Shown one piece after another: positions 48,445 through 57,245 of a DNA stretch of 64,000 nt. The DNA comes from a virus. The stretch spans positions 35,511 through 99,510 of the IMG/VR virus record IMGVR_UViG_3300050120_000213, one strand, 5' to 3'. Position 1 is the stretch's first letter, and the number at the start of each line of letters is the position of its first letter. The position numbers and the translations under genes were made by a program. The notes under the pieces were generated by a model. It was given only the letters and a program-made list of their open reading frames with translations, did not search any database and was not told the origin of the DNA.

Positions 48445-49059
48445 TCACTTGGTAGTCAGTGCCCGTTCTATTGTCCAACCCCGGCGCAGTCGGTCGTAAA
48501 TCTGACCTCTGCGCAACCCTAGTTCATCTTCCCATTGCACTTGTGTCTGTGTCTTGTTGGCATAAGCGATTAGCTTATTTGAGCGCCTATTGTTAGCTTG
48601 TTCGACTTTGGTGGCCCAACGCCAATTTCCAGGCTCGTAGTTCCCGTCATTATTGGGGTAGCGGTCTAACGTCATGCCATCCGGTGGCAAGCCCACATCG
48701 GCAAAAAAGTCCTCAAACACCAACCAGCGGTCGCAAACCGTAATCCCACGCCCTCCATAACTGGGGTATGCCTTGCACTTCTTGTCATTACAGCGCTGCA
48801 ACATGCTTAGCCAGATATTATGAATCGGCGTGTGGGACAGGCCGTGACGCTTACTGGCTTGGGAAGCCCGTTCTTTTTGCAGGCAACCGCACGATTGTGT
48901 TTTGCCCAATCGGAGTAATTGAGCACGTACTAAAACCTGATTCCCACACTCACAATTGCACCAATAGTGCAGAACCTCTTTTTTAAGCTCGGTGCATTCA
49001 GTTGCAACGAGTCGCCCAAATACTTTCAGTGCTAAATCAATCCGGTTTACCGCAGTCAT
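48445..49059 (-). CDS. HNH homing endonuclease
   Basis: C.CECG, SCGC, YGGRGITVCDRW, LDR.PNNDGNYEPGNWRWAT..EQANN. Confidence 0.9.
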   Translation of the reverse strand: MTAVNRIDLALKVFGRLVATECTELKKEVLHYWCNCECGNQVLVRAQLLRLGKTQSCGCLQKERASQASKRHGLSHTPIHNIWLSMLQRCNDKKCKAYPSYGGRGITVCDRWLVFEDFFADVGLPPDGMTLDRYPNNDGNYEPGNWRWATKVEQANNRRSNKLIAYANKTQTQVQWEDELGLRRGQIYDRLRRGWTIERALTTK

Positions 49060-49135
49060 TATGCCCTCCCAAAAGTGCATCTTACCACTTTTGGCAGATT
49101 GAGTCAAACGTATTGAGTTTATGGTACTACCCGTG

Positions 49136-50470
49136 CTATGATAGTAAATCCTCACCAATACCCAATAAAACTGCTGGCCCATAAACGAAACAGTCTAACA
49201 AATCGTCACTGCGTTTGTAGGCGTCTTTATCACTAATAAAGAACTTACTGATTTGATCTAGCAAATGGTTTTTCTCATTGCCCTTGTAGTTCTTGGTGCG
49301 ATTAAAGGCCACTTCGTGAATTTTGATCAGTTCTTGGTGGTAATGACTACTGATGCCCAAGGCGCGGCCATCTTTACCTTTGTCGGTAATGTTGCCCGGG
49401 ATGCCCGCCGCTTGATAGCCCTTGACCAAAGATTGCTGAATCAGGATCGTGCCACTCATCTTGTCTTCGATAAATGCCCCCGCACTGCCATAGCGGGCTT
49501 GGCACCGTTTCGCCAACTCATTCAGATTCGCAAACACGGTGGGGAGCCAATCTATTAACAGATTGCCGGTGATCTGTAATATATCCCAGTCCAACAAGGT
49601 AATCGGTGCACCCAGCCCATACTTGTTGAAGGCCCAATACACCACAGCGGTGCCATCATTTTCCTGGCCGTCTTTTACAGCGGTATCAATAGTGGCACAG
49701 ACGTACTCGACGTGTTGGGGGTAGGCTACTGGTTTCTTATTCACCAGCATCTTTTCCACGTCAAAAAACGCATCGCCGCCCCAACTGACGAATTCAGCCA
49801 AGAACTCCTGTTGATAGACCAGGGGTGGCTTGGTGTCTTTAACCTTTTGAAATTCTAAGCGCCGCCGTATCAGGTAATCGACTTCGGGTTCTCCAGCACG
49901 ACGTAATGGAATCAACGGATTCTGATAGGTCGGGGCGTGGAACATCGTAAAGCCCTGTTTATTCCCGGGCTGGCACACCTGATAAAAGAAATTCTCATCA
50001 TTAACGCCATTGGGGGTGCTCATCACCAAAGCACTACCGCCAGTATCAAAGATGGTTGGGTAGATAGCTTTATCCCACTGGTCCATCATGGTGGCGTTCT
50101 TGGTGAAGGCCGCCTCATCAATCACCACCAGATCGTATTTTCTTGAGCGTCCCGCCTGTTCGTTCTCTAACGTCCAATAATCGATACGGGCGTTAGTAAC
50201 GAAGCGTTGCACCCATTCGCCCTTACTGGAAGATTTCTTAATCGGTAGCAGCAAGTTTTCCAGTTCGTTATACATTTCGGTCTGGATCTTGTAGTTAGGC
50301 ACGAATACACCCACGTTTTTGCCCCGGCATACCGCATCGCCAACAATGATCTTCGCCATGTCGGTCTTGCCCCAGCGTCGGCCACAGCACAACGCAAAGA
50401 AGCGCGTCCGAGCGCGCAACGCCATCTGCTGCCCGGGATGCAGCGTGGGTAACTTCACCTTCATCGACAT
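49136..50470 (-). CDS. terL: terminase large subunit
   Basis: Walker A CGRRWGKT, Walker B VVIDEAA, STPNG, nuclease IDTA..DGT and DDLLD. Confidence 0.92.
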   Translation of the reverse strand: MSMKVKLPTLHPGQQMALRARTRFFALCCGRRWGKTDMAKIIVGDAVCRGKNVGVFVPNYKIQTEMYNELENLLLPIKKSSSKGEWVQRFVTNARIDYWTLENEQAGRSRKYDLVVIDEAAFTKNATMMDQWDKAIYPTIFDTGGSALVMSTPNGVNDENFFYQVCQPGNKQGFTMFHAPTYQNPLIPLRRAGEPEVDYLIRRRLEFQKVKDTKPPLVYQQEFLAEFVSWGGDAFFDVEKMLVNKKPVAYPQHVEYVCATIDTAVKDGQENDGTAVVYWAFNKYGLGAPITLLDWDILQITGNLLIDWLPTVFANLNELAKRCQARYGSAGAFIEDKMSGTILIQQSLVKGYQAAGIPGNITDKGKDGRALGISSHYHQELIKIHEVAFNRTKNYKGNEKNHLLDQISKFFISDKDAYKRSDDLLDCFVYGPAVLLGIGEDLLS

Positions 50471-51465
50471 TAGGCTAAATCTCCCACATTCCCCACCAAC
50501 CCACCGCTCACATCGCTTCCTGACCCACCCGTGACTTCTTCCGACCCACTTGCTTGTGCTAGCGACTGCGACGATAGCGGCTGACTAGTAGGTGACTGTC
50601 CCGGAACAAGGTACTGTTTCTGTTCGGCGTTATAGCGCCGTTGTTCTTCTAGGTTGCTTGCTTTAACTTCAGCACTCAAAGTATCTGGCAATGGCGTATC
50701 CGGTAATCCCCCCTCTATGACTACATGTACTGTTCCACTCTCAGCTACTGGATGTGCTTCATTTCCATAGGTATGTGGCAATATTTTAGACATTAGGAAT
50801 TTTCTTGTTTCTATCTGTAGTCGTGATCGTGCTGCGCCATCAATTACTTGTATCTCGACGCTGCCATCTGATTTGTGGATCGTATTAGCGATCATGCGCG
50901 GCTTATCAGAGAGTTCGATAATTTCTTCTGCCCATACTTCTGGGCGTAATTGCATAGCGAGGGTGTAGCGTTCTTTTAATGAAGGGTTTTCTTGTAACCA
51001 ACAAAAGAAGCGGCCCGCAAATGGCATATGAGGATCTCTACAGATGTGTCTTAGTGGCTCTCCATCTATGATTCTTTCTATGATGAAGTCAGCGACTTCT
51101 GGACAGTAATTCTGACTGCCAACGGCGCGGCCCGCAAATTTATCTCTTGAAATGATGTTTGCCACCACATATTTGCGTTCCCTGGGTCCGAGTGGCTCGC
51201 CGTACCGGTCTTCGATATATTCGATGATTTCTTGAGCGCTGATGCGGCCACGGGCAATGCCTTGTTCGATGGTTTCAGGGATGTGCTTAGCATCGAGCAG
51301 GGCTTGCAATTCTTCGTCTACGCGTTGTCTAGCATCCCAAAATGCTTCACGTTCTTTAGCTCTGATTTGTTCTTTCTTGGTTAGAGTTATAGATCGTGGC
51401 TTAGCCTTATCCCGATTGGTTTTATATTTTAATGTCTTGAGGGGTTTAAGGAATGTGACGGCCAT
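50470..51465 (-). CDS. terS: terminase small subunit (Sf6-like core, extended)
   Basis: YCPEVAD.I.ERI.DGEPLR.IC...RLQIETRKFLMSK..P..YG. Confidence 0.85.
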   Translation of the reverse strand: MAVTFLKPLKTLKYKTNRDKAKPRSITLTKKEQIRAKEREAFWDARQRVDEELQALLDAKHIPETIEQGIARGRISAQEIIEYIEDRYGEPLGPRERKYVVANIISRDKFAGRAVGSQNYCPEVADFIIERIIDGEPLRHICRDPHMPFAGRFFCWLQENPSLKERYTLAMQLRPEVWAEEIIELSDKPRMIANTIHKSDGSVEIQVIDGAARSRLQIETRKFLMSKILPHTYGNEAHPVAESGTVHVVIEGGLPDTPLPDTLSAEVKASNLEEQRRYNAEQKQYLVPGQSPTSQPLSSQSLAQASGSEEVTGGSGSDVSGGLVGNVGDLA

Positions 51466-51567
51466 GGTGGACTGTAGGGTGGACTTCAGAGTTGTTTATT
51501 CTACAGTTTCTTTAGTGGTCAGCAATGACTTTCTTTGGCCGCCATTTTTTTAGGGGGTATAAATGAC

Positions 51568-51595
51568 AAAAGCCCCCGTATTTGGGAGCTTTTTT
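51568..51595. terminator. bidirectional terminator downstream of the tRNA
   Basis: A4-GCCCCC-loop-GGGAGC-T6. Confidence 0.6.
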
Positions 51596-51599
51596 GTGA

Positions 51600-51676
51600 T
51601 GGTGGGCCGGACAGGGATCGAACCTGTGACCTTCGAATTATGAGTTCGCTGCTCTAACCTACTGAGCTACCGGCCT
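51600..51676 (-). tRNA. tRNA-CAT, probably Ile2 (lysidine); Met not excluded
   Basis: Cloverleaf AGGCCGGTAGCTCAG...CTCATAA...GGTTCGATCC...ACCA; C4:G69 and C5:G68 TilS determinants. Confidence 0.85.
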
Positions 51677-51693
51677 ATTTACAAACTTCGTGA

Positions 51694-51879
51694 TTAAACT
51701 CCCAGAAAGTGCCGGTAAACTTCATTTACGGGTTTTCCATCCTTCAACATGACGGAGCATTCATGGCAGCGCTTAATCATGGCATTCTGAAATTCCCAAC
51801 CAGGGTGCGTGCGGTGGAAACAGCCCCGGTCACGACGGTGTTTGGCGGCGGCTACTTGGTATTCAGCGATTGTTTTCAT
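51694..51879 (-). CDS. hypothetical protein (early cassette)
   Basis: AATGGAGT RBS plus promoter. Confidence 0.65.
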   Translation of the reverse strand: MKTIAEYQVAAAKHRRDRGCFHRTHPGWEFQNAMIKRCHECSVMLKDGKPVNEVYRHFLGV

Positions 51880-51915
51880 GTCGGACTCCATTCCGTGTTG
51901 TGTTTCAGTGATTCA

Positions 51916-51943
51916 AGTATAGCACTTGGCACTGATTTGTCAA
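51916..51943 (-). promoter_or_regulatory. sigma70 promoter
   Basis: TTGACA-16-TATACT. Confidence 0.8.
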
Positions 51944-52122
51944 TTATTTTGCAATTGATTGCAATTAGTCGTTACAGAAGTCGTTATACCATGCCGCTAA
52001 GTAATCTTCATAACAGCCAGGGTCTCTACCTTTTCCTCGTTGGTGTCTAGCTTTATCATTGAATCAGGGTTGCAGCTATTAAAGTTTTCATCATGGTCCT
52101 TTGCACTCAATTGCAATTGTAG

Positions 52123-52557
52123 TTATGGGGTTGCTGGTTGCCCCCACCAGGGTAAGGCGCTGAGATCTACGCCCCAGGTATCAGGACGTTCTTCCACCGC
52201 AATCTTACTGAATTGATGGGAGTGACTGTAATTCTTGAACTGATTGTCTAAATTCGGTCGGCCAGCATACAACGCCGACAACACCGGGGATAACAGCCCG
52301 TGCTTCACCAAAAATTGATGGAAGCGTTTGCCGGTCATCGGGCTGGGGTAAGCGATCTTGGTGGTCTTACTCAGCATCCCCAGCGTAATGCCGGTGCTGA
52401 CCGAGTGAAACAGCATATCGACTACCGGGCGTTGATCCATTCGAGGTCGGCCACAATTTCTGGCACTATCGAGTTGATTAAGAATCGGGGCAATGATTTG
52501 ATCCACTGCCTTCCATTCTGCATCAGTCAATGGACTGTATGATGTGTCTTTGCCCAT
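52123..52557 (-). CDS. IS5/DUF4096-like transposase N-terminal DNA-binding domain, no DDE domain
   Basis: LTDAEW....P...GRPR.D.R.VVD......TG....YPSP.T..RF.....HGL. Confidence 0.65.
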   Translation of the reverse strand: MGKDTSYSPLTDAEWKAVDQIIAPILNQLDSARNCGRPRMDQRPVVDMLFHSVSTGITLGMLSKTTKIAYPSPMTGKRFHQFLVKHGLLSPVLSALYAGRPNLDNQFKNYSHSHQFSKIAVEERPDTWGVDLSALPWWGQPATP

Positions 52558-52687
52558 GCCCGCCCCCGAACAGATTTTGCAACCAATTGTAATTTATGTC
52601 TTATTGATCGGCTGACCGCTCCGACAAGTAAAACCTTTATTGCCGCGTTCTAACTGACGTTTCAATTTACTGCCAGCCGGGTTGCTC

Positions 52688-53026
52688 TTACTCGGGGGGT
52701 TTTTCTTCTTCGTTTGCGCCATCTTTGACTCCTTCGGGTTGTGGTTCAAGTACTTCGATTTTCTTGCCAGGGGCAACGGTGGGTTGAGGAATAATAGCAC
52801 TCGCCCCTGCGGTAACTGGCCAAGGTAAGGTAGATACAAATCGTGGGGGTGCGCGATAGATCAGTTGCAACCCATTAGGCTTGATGAGAGTACTCATGGA
52901 GTTGTTTACAGGCTTGTCGTACTGGACTTGCAAAAACCCCACAAAAATCCCCGTCACTTTGCCGGTAAATGCCGGTTTCTTACCCGGCAGACTACCGACA
53001 CGATCATTAAGCTCAAACGTTTCCAT
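52688..53026 (-). CDS. hypothetical protein (SH3-like N-terminus)
   Basis: F.LNDRV....FTGKV.....QVQYD. Confidence 0.55.
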   Translation of the reverse strand: METFELNDRVGSLPGKKPAFTGKVTGIFVGFLQVQYDKPVNNSMSTLIKPNGLQLIYRAPPRFVSTLPWPVTAGASAIIPQPTVAPGKKIEVLEPQPEGVKDGANEEEKPPE

Positions 53027-53286
53027 GACGCACTCTCAGTGGTATGCACTTAGGCAGTGTAAGCTCTTTTGCAATCAATTGCAAATTTCATTTATGGCTG
53101 TTCTGCCAGCAATTTGCGTATGTAGTCTTCGTCACGGATGCTGTAGTCCACGGTCCAAACGAGCATTTTGGTGAGGCGGTCGAACATGCCGCCCACTTCG
53201 GTTTGGCCGATGTAAAACTTCAGCGAGCCAGCTTGGCACACGTCTTGCGCCAATTCTTCATAGGTTTTCTTAACCATGGTGATCCC

Positions 53287-53481
53287 TTAATTGTTGCCCC
53301 AACCCAATTGCTTGGAGATTGCTGGGGTAAAGCCACCAAAATGCGACCAGAGCCGGTTCTTGGCGTAGTTGCCCACTTCCCCTTGCCAAAAGGTATCACC
53401 AATCGATGAGAAGCGCCAGAGGCGGCACAGTTCTAAGTGGGATAGCGCATCGATTCCGGCTTTCTGTTCGTCAGTCATCAC
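53287..53481 (-). CDS. hypothetical phage protein
   Basis: L..LWRF...G...GG.TP.ISK.LGW. Confidence 0.65.
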   Translation of the reverse strand: MMTDEQKAGIDALSHLELCRLWRFSSIGDTFWQGEVGNYAKNRLWSHFGGFTPAISKQLGWGNN

Positions 53482-53704
53482 TTGCCACCTTCTTTATTAG
53501 CCAGTCATTAACAAATTGAATGCCCGCACCCTCAAGCGCTTCACGAATGGCTTTCGCGTTATTTGCCATAGGCAGGCGAGCGTGGCGCTCAAAATCTGCC
53601 ACGGTAGAAATAGCCACTTGGGCATTCTTAGCCAAATCTTTTTGGGTCCAACCCAATAGCGCCCGAGCGGCTTTTACTTGTTCTGGCGAAAGGCTTTTAC
53701 TCAT
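53471..53704 (-). CDS. XRE-family HTH transcriptional regulator
   Basis: PEQVKAARALLGWTQKDLA..AQVAISTVADFE. Confidence 0.9.
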   Translation of the reverse strand: MSKSLSPEQVKAARALLGWTQKDLAKNAQVAISTVADFERHARLPMANNAKAIREALEGAGIQFVNDWLIKKVASDD

Positions 53705-53868
53705 GGCAATTTTTTCAGGTGATCCAGCAGCTTTTGCTTGGAGAGTTCCACTCTCTCATGCAGTATCTGCCAAGTGCGCTCGTCTTGTGGGCAATTGCGC
53801 AGGTTTACCTTATCGTCTACCAGTGTATCGATCAGCGCTAATAGCAACTGGGACTGTTGATCGGTCAT
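53701..53868 (-). CDS. small helical protein (55 aa)
   Basis: MTDQQSQLLLALIDTLVDDKVNLRNCPQ...; ATGA overlaps. Confidence 0.55.
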   Translation of the reverse strand: MTDQQSQLLLALIDTLVDDKVNLRNCPQDERTWQILHERVELSKQKLLDHLKKLP

Positions 53869-54029
53869 TGTACTTCCTTCAAGCGGGCAATCAAATTGCG
53901 GCGTGCTTGATCAGCTTCCTGCTTAGCCCGAAGCCAGTCCCCCTGGTGTTCGCAGTTCTTCATATCCGACCTAGCGCGACATAGCGCATCTACAAATACC
54001 ATTACTGATTGGATATCGTCATCGCTCAT
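53865..54029 (-). CDS. small helical protein (54 aa), likely paralogue of its neighbour
   Basis: MSDDDIQSVMVFVDALCRARSDMKNCEH...; ATGA overlaps. Confidence 0.55.
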   Translation of the reverse strand: MSDDDIQSVMVFVDALCRARSDMKNCEHQGDWLRAKQEADQARRNLIARLKEVQ

Positions 54030-54346
54030 CCTAACCCCCGTATAAAGCTTTTATGGGCGTCCCAGTCACAGGTTTCAGGATCTAGGCCCGGGATGTGGGG
54101 CTTGGCCGCATTCTTAATGGTGTCCATCCCAGGCAAGGTAATCTGGGCCTTGTCTTCGGGGTAGGCATACTGGAGTTGGCTATAAGCCACTCTCCACTCA
54201 CCATTCGGGCCGCCACCGCGTACGCCGTCATCACGAATGATGAAAACACGTCTGCCAGCCGCGCTGAGATCTATCGATACGATAACCCCAGTCCACTCCA
54301 TGTCTGGTCTGGTTACGTGATCCCCCACCACAAATTGTTCGTTCAT
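54026..54346 (-). CDS. hypothetical protein (SH3-like)
   Basis: FVVGDHV...TGVIV; AGGAG RBS. Confidence 0.6.
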   Translation of the reverse strand: MNEQFVVGDHVTRPDMEWTGVIVSIDLSAAGRRVFIIRDDGVRGGGPNGEWRVAYSQLQYAYPEDKAQITLPGMDTIKNAAKPHIPGLDPETCDWDAHKSFIRGLG

Positions 54347-54358
54347 TTCCACTCCTAG

Positions 54359-54433
54359 GGTGCGGGGAGTGGGACTCGAACCCACAAATCTTGGAAGCTA
54401 TCCAAGGCGTTTACCAATTTCACCATCCCCTGC
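54359..54433 (-). tRNA. atypical tRNA-like element (Leu-type D and T arms, non-canonical anticodon arm)
   Basis: GGTGAAATTGGTAAAC D arm, GTGGG-TTCGAGT-CCCAC T arm, CTTGG-ATAGCTT-CCAAG stem; no long variable arm, no CCA. Confidence 0.55.
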
Positions 54434-54478
54434 CACGATTACTCAACTTCAACCACTCAGTCACCTGCACGTATGCAA

Positions 54479-54494
54479 TGTTTCACGTGAAACA
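54479..54494. promoter_or_regulatory. parS: perfect chromosomal-type parS site
   Basis: TGTTTCACGTGAAACA, intergenic. Confidence 0.8.
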
Positions 54495-54495
54495 A

Positions 54496-54864
54496 CTACC
54501 TTTGTTTCAGCGGTAGCCCCGCCTCCGCCAACACATCACGCGCCAGCACCATCAAGGCGTAGATATGCGTTTCGCCAGGGTCTGCACTGGCAATTGATTG
54601 CAGTGCCGCGATCATCTTCGGCATCGCTACAATACGCCGCGCCAACTCCACGCCGGGAACATAAGGGGGATCGGTTTCTGTGTCATCTTCGAAATGAATT
54701 ACGACCTTGGCAATGTTGCCATGCCGATCTGTGGCATTAATCGTCTGCCAGTTGTCTTCGATATCGCCCAGTTCTAAATCATCCAACATGGACAACACTT
54801 GGGCACGATGGTGCTCTTTCCACTTTTTGTCTGAAGCTTCCGTCAATTCGCGGGCAGTACTCAT
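54496..54864 (-). CDS. hypothetical protein
   Basis: LARRIVAMPKMIAALQ pattern common in phage proteins. Confidence 0.6.
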   Translation of the reverse strand: MSTARELTEASDKKWKEHHRAQVLSMLDDLELGDIEDNWQTINATDRHGNIAKVVIHFEDDTETDPPYVPGVELARRIVAMPKMIAALQSIASADPGETHIYALMVLARDVLAEAGLPLKQR

Positions 54865-55215
54865 TGCCGTGGTCCTTAATGTCTGTAGGTGGCGTAAAGC
54901 AGGCACCCAGCCAGGATACCGCCCAACAGCAGACCGATCAGACAAGCCTGCATGTACTCCTTCGGAGTGGGTTTTTGGGGGTGGTTCATTTGCATTCCCT
55001 CTCGCAATGGCAAACTTCCAAACCATCCACGCTGCCTTCAACTATGCGAACGGACAAGGTAGTTTCTTTGGCAAATTCCCTGCACAAGTACCCGAGAGCC
55101 GCTGCTGTGCTTTGCAGGGGCTCGGATACAGCGGGGCCGTCTTTAGCCATGGTGATGACAAAGTAGATCGACATTGCGAACTCCATTTCGTTAATGTTTT
55201 CGAGGTACTGAGTTA

Positions 55216-55243
55216 AGTATAATGCATTTTAGGCGTTAGTCAA
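55216..55243 (-). promoter_or_regulatory. sigma70 promoter
   Basis: TTGACT-16-TATACT. Confidence 0.7.
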
Positions 55244-55256
55244 AGAGTTTTTGCAA

Positions 55257-55535
55257 TCAATTGCAGGAATCAACCTGTTCTTCGCTGGGGTGACTACGTT
55301 GCATCGGGAACCACAGGGCTAGTCCAAACACAATATTCGCGGCGCACCACGCGTGTTCGGATAGCTGCAGCGAGCCGTTGAGGTCCAAGGCCATAATCAG
55401 CCCCGCCACACCCGCCACGACCAGGGCAGCGCCCTTGAGTATCTTGGACGAGATATAGATCTCGATGGTGTGATCGCTATTGGGCACCGGTACTACTTGT
55501 GTGGTGCGCCCCGCCAAACGTTGTTTCAATGACAT
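55257..55535 (-). CDS. membrane protein
   Basis: Two TM helices. Confidence 0.6.
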   Translation of the reverse strand: MSLKQRLAGRTTQVVPVPNSDHTIEIYISSKILKGAALVVAGVAGLIMALDLNGSLQLSEHAWCAANIVFGLALWFPMQRSHPSEEQVDSCN

Positions 55536-55545
55536 GTTCAACTCC

Positions 55546-55566
55546 AAAAAGCCGCCCGAAAGCGGC
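55546..55566 (-). terminator. intrinsic terminator
   Basis: GCCGC-loop-GCGGC followed by T5. Confidence 0.65.
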
Positions 55567-55646
55567 ACGTTAACGCTTATTAAATACCGGGCTGAAGACC
55601 GCCACGACGCCGATAATCAGAAATACTACGATTACGCCGTCCATGA

Positions 55647-55928
55647 TTAGTCTCCAAAAAGGGCTTTAATTACCCGGTCAGCAAAAGGCGCAACGCCAAA
55701 CACTTCGACGCCGTGAGCCGCGCCTTCGTAGTGGAGCACGTATTCCAACACTGCCCACACTACCACAAAGGCCAGGAACGTGACAACACGGTGTTCAGCC
55801 GGTGCCTTCACCAAGGCATGAACTACCCGGCGATGAATGCCTTGGTGGACAACTGCCACCGTGGTGTCGAACGGATCGACATCCAGCGGTACAACGCGCT
55901 TGCGGGTAAAAACGATTTTTATCGGCAT
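55647..55928 (-). CDS. membrane protein (early cassette)
   Basis: TM VVTFLAFVVVWAVL; AATGGAGT RBS. Confidence 0.65.
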   Translation of the reverse strand: MPIKIVFTRKRVVPLDVDPFDTTVAVVHQGIHRRVVHALVKAPAEHRVVTFLAFVVVWAVLEYVLHYEGAAHGVEVFGVAPFADRVIKALFGD

Positions 55929-55979
55929 TTCGCACTCCATTGCGTTGGTGAAAATGAGGTTGGGTCAGGCAGTTGTTAG

Positions 55980-56007
55980 ACTATAGCACACTGCATAAAT
56001 TTGTCAA
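55980..56007 (-). promoter_or_regulatory. sigma70 promoter
   Basis: TTGACA-16-TATAGT. Confidence 0.75.
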
Positions 56008-56370
56008 AGGACAGTATAAATAAATCGTAAATATTTCCAGTGAAACCCGCTCATTTTATCGCCCACGCTATTCTTCTTTCTTGTTGTTAGTGAAGTCCAG
56101 AGTGTAAAGGCCGTGTATAAATCAGTCAATCCCCAATTTGCTAATTTGTCAAAATACTACGTCACGCGATCTTCATCAAGCATCGTGCGTAGAGCCCACA
56201 TACTAGCGTGGCCGGTGCAGTAGTACTTGCCCTCGATACAGTACTTAGCGTATTTCTTACACTGCCGGTCAGTGTTAATGGTGTCATTAGCATAGTCATG
56301 TTCGCGCTCGGCTTCACAGCGCGGTAAGCTGGCTATGCTGGGACAGAGTGCGGTGGCACGTTTGCTAATA

Positions 56371-56883
56371 TCAGTCCAGTATGTAATAGGAGGCGTTCTT
56401 AGCCAGCAGGTCAGAAACGACCACATCATTATCGACCAGCCACTTTTGCCAGTCGAAGCGTACCGGGCAACCGTGTTCGAATGGGTCTACGACAAAGCCG
56501 TGCATAATCTTCGCGTGTGCTTCGGCTGCCGAGATGCCGCTAACCCCCGAAAATATGCGGGCACGGTTGGGATCCCATACTAACTGGAAATTAGCCTCAA
56601 ACATCGCCAAGAAAATCCCCGACTCATCAAGTCTGAATACCGTGCGAATCGGTAGGTATTTTTCTAAATGGTACTTGAGGCCATCAGCAATCGCGGTGCT
56701 CTTGTAGAATTCTTCTTTTACGAAGTCAGGGGTAGGCATAGGCTCATGAAATACGGCGTAGCCGCAATATAGGCAACTAGGTTTCGCAGTGTCCGTATTC
56801 AACGGGTGGCTACACATCGGGCACTTAACTTTCGTAGGTAATACGGTTGTCATGAAAGGATTAAACACCATATTAAGCGCCAT
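56371..56883 (-). CDS. Zn-ribbon hypothetical protein
   Basis: CPMC...CLYCG. Confidence 0.6.
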   Translation of the reverse strand: MALNMVFNPFMTTVLPTKVKCPMCSHPLNTDTAKPSCLYCGYAVFHEPMPTPDFVKEEFYKSTAIADGLKYHLEKYLPIRTVFRLDESGIFLAMFEANFQLVWDPNRARIFSGVSGISAAEAHAKIMHGFVVDPFEHGCPVRFDWQKWLVDNDVVVSDLLAKNASYYILD

Positions 56884-56888
56884 AGTGC

Positions 56889-57245
56889 TTAAAACACCGT
56901 GTAATAGCAAGGTGGGTTGAGGGGGTCAATCTGTGGCGTAGTGCAACTCCAACCTTGGCGCTCAAAATACTGAGAGAAATGAGTGGTGAGCACGTTTTCT
57001 ACATACAGGCCATTGAACATACGGATGTTGGCTTCTTCTGTTAGGGCTAACAGGAATTTTTTAAACACCCCCTGCCCTTGATGGTCTTCGCTGACTGTGA
57101 CATTAGCGATGTCGATAACGCACCGCACTTGCCCGCCCAGCATCCGATTACTCTTGCACAGGTACACCGACATATTGCGAAAGTAGAGCCACTGGTTGCG
57201 GTCTGGGCCTTCTAAAAACAAGCCAATCTTCGATTTGGTGCTCAT
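56889..57245 (-). CDS. GNAT acetyltransferase
   Basis: IANVTVSEDHQGQGVF motif A; YFERQGW. Confidence 0.8.
   Translation of the reverse strand: MSTKSKIGLFLEGPDRNQWLYFRNMSVYLCKSNRMLGGQVRCVIDIANVTVSEDHQGQGVFKKFLLALTEEANIRMFNGLYVENVLTTHFSQYFERQGWSCTTPQIDPLNPPCYYTVF

Noticed and set aside
23168-51503. Shared late-promoter motif (CTGTAGAAT/CTGTACAAT at about 23168, 29741, 31995 and 51498 on the minus strand)
   Set aside because: Only a -10-like hexamer is shared, with no consistent upstream element; too weak to call
52123-52557. Active IS5 insertion sequence
   Set aside because: No DDE catalytic ORF, frameshift partner or target duplication is visible
53887-53899. GCAATCAAATTGC as another palindrome copy
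   Set aside because: One-base insertion and outer bases lost; not counted
51600-54433. tRNA genes as attP sites of an integrating prophage
   Set aside because: No integrase or duplicated tRNA 3' end in the window
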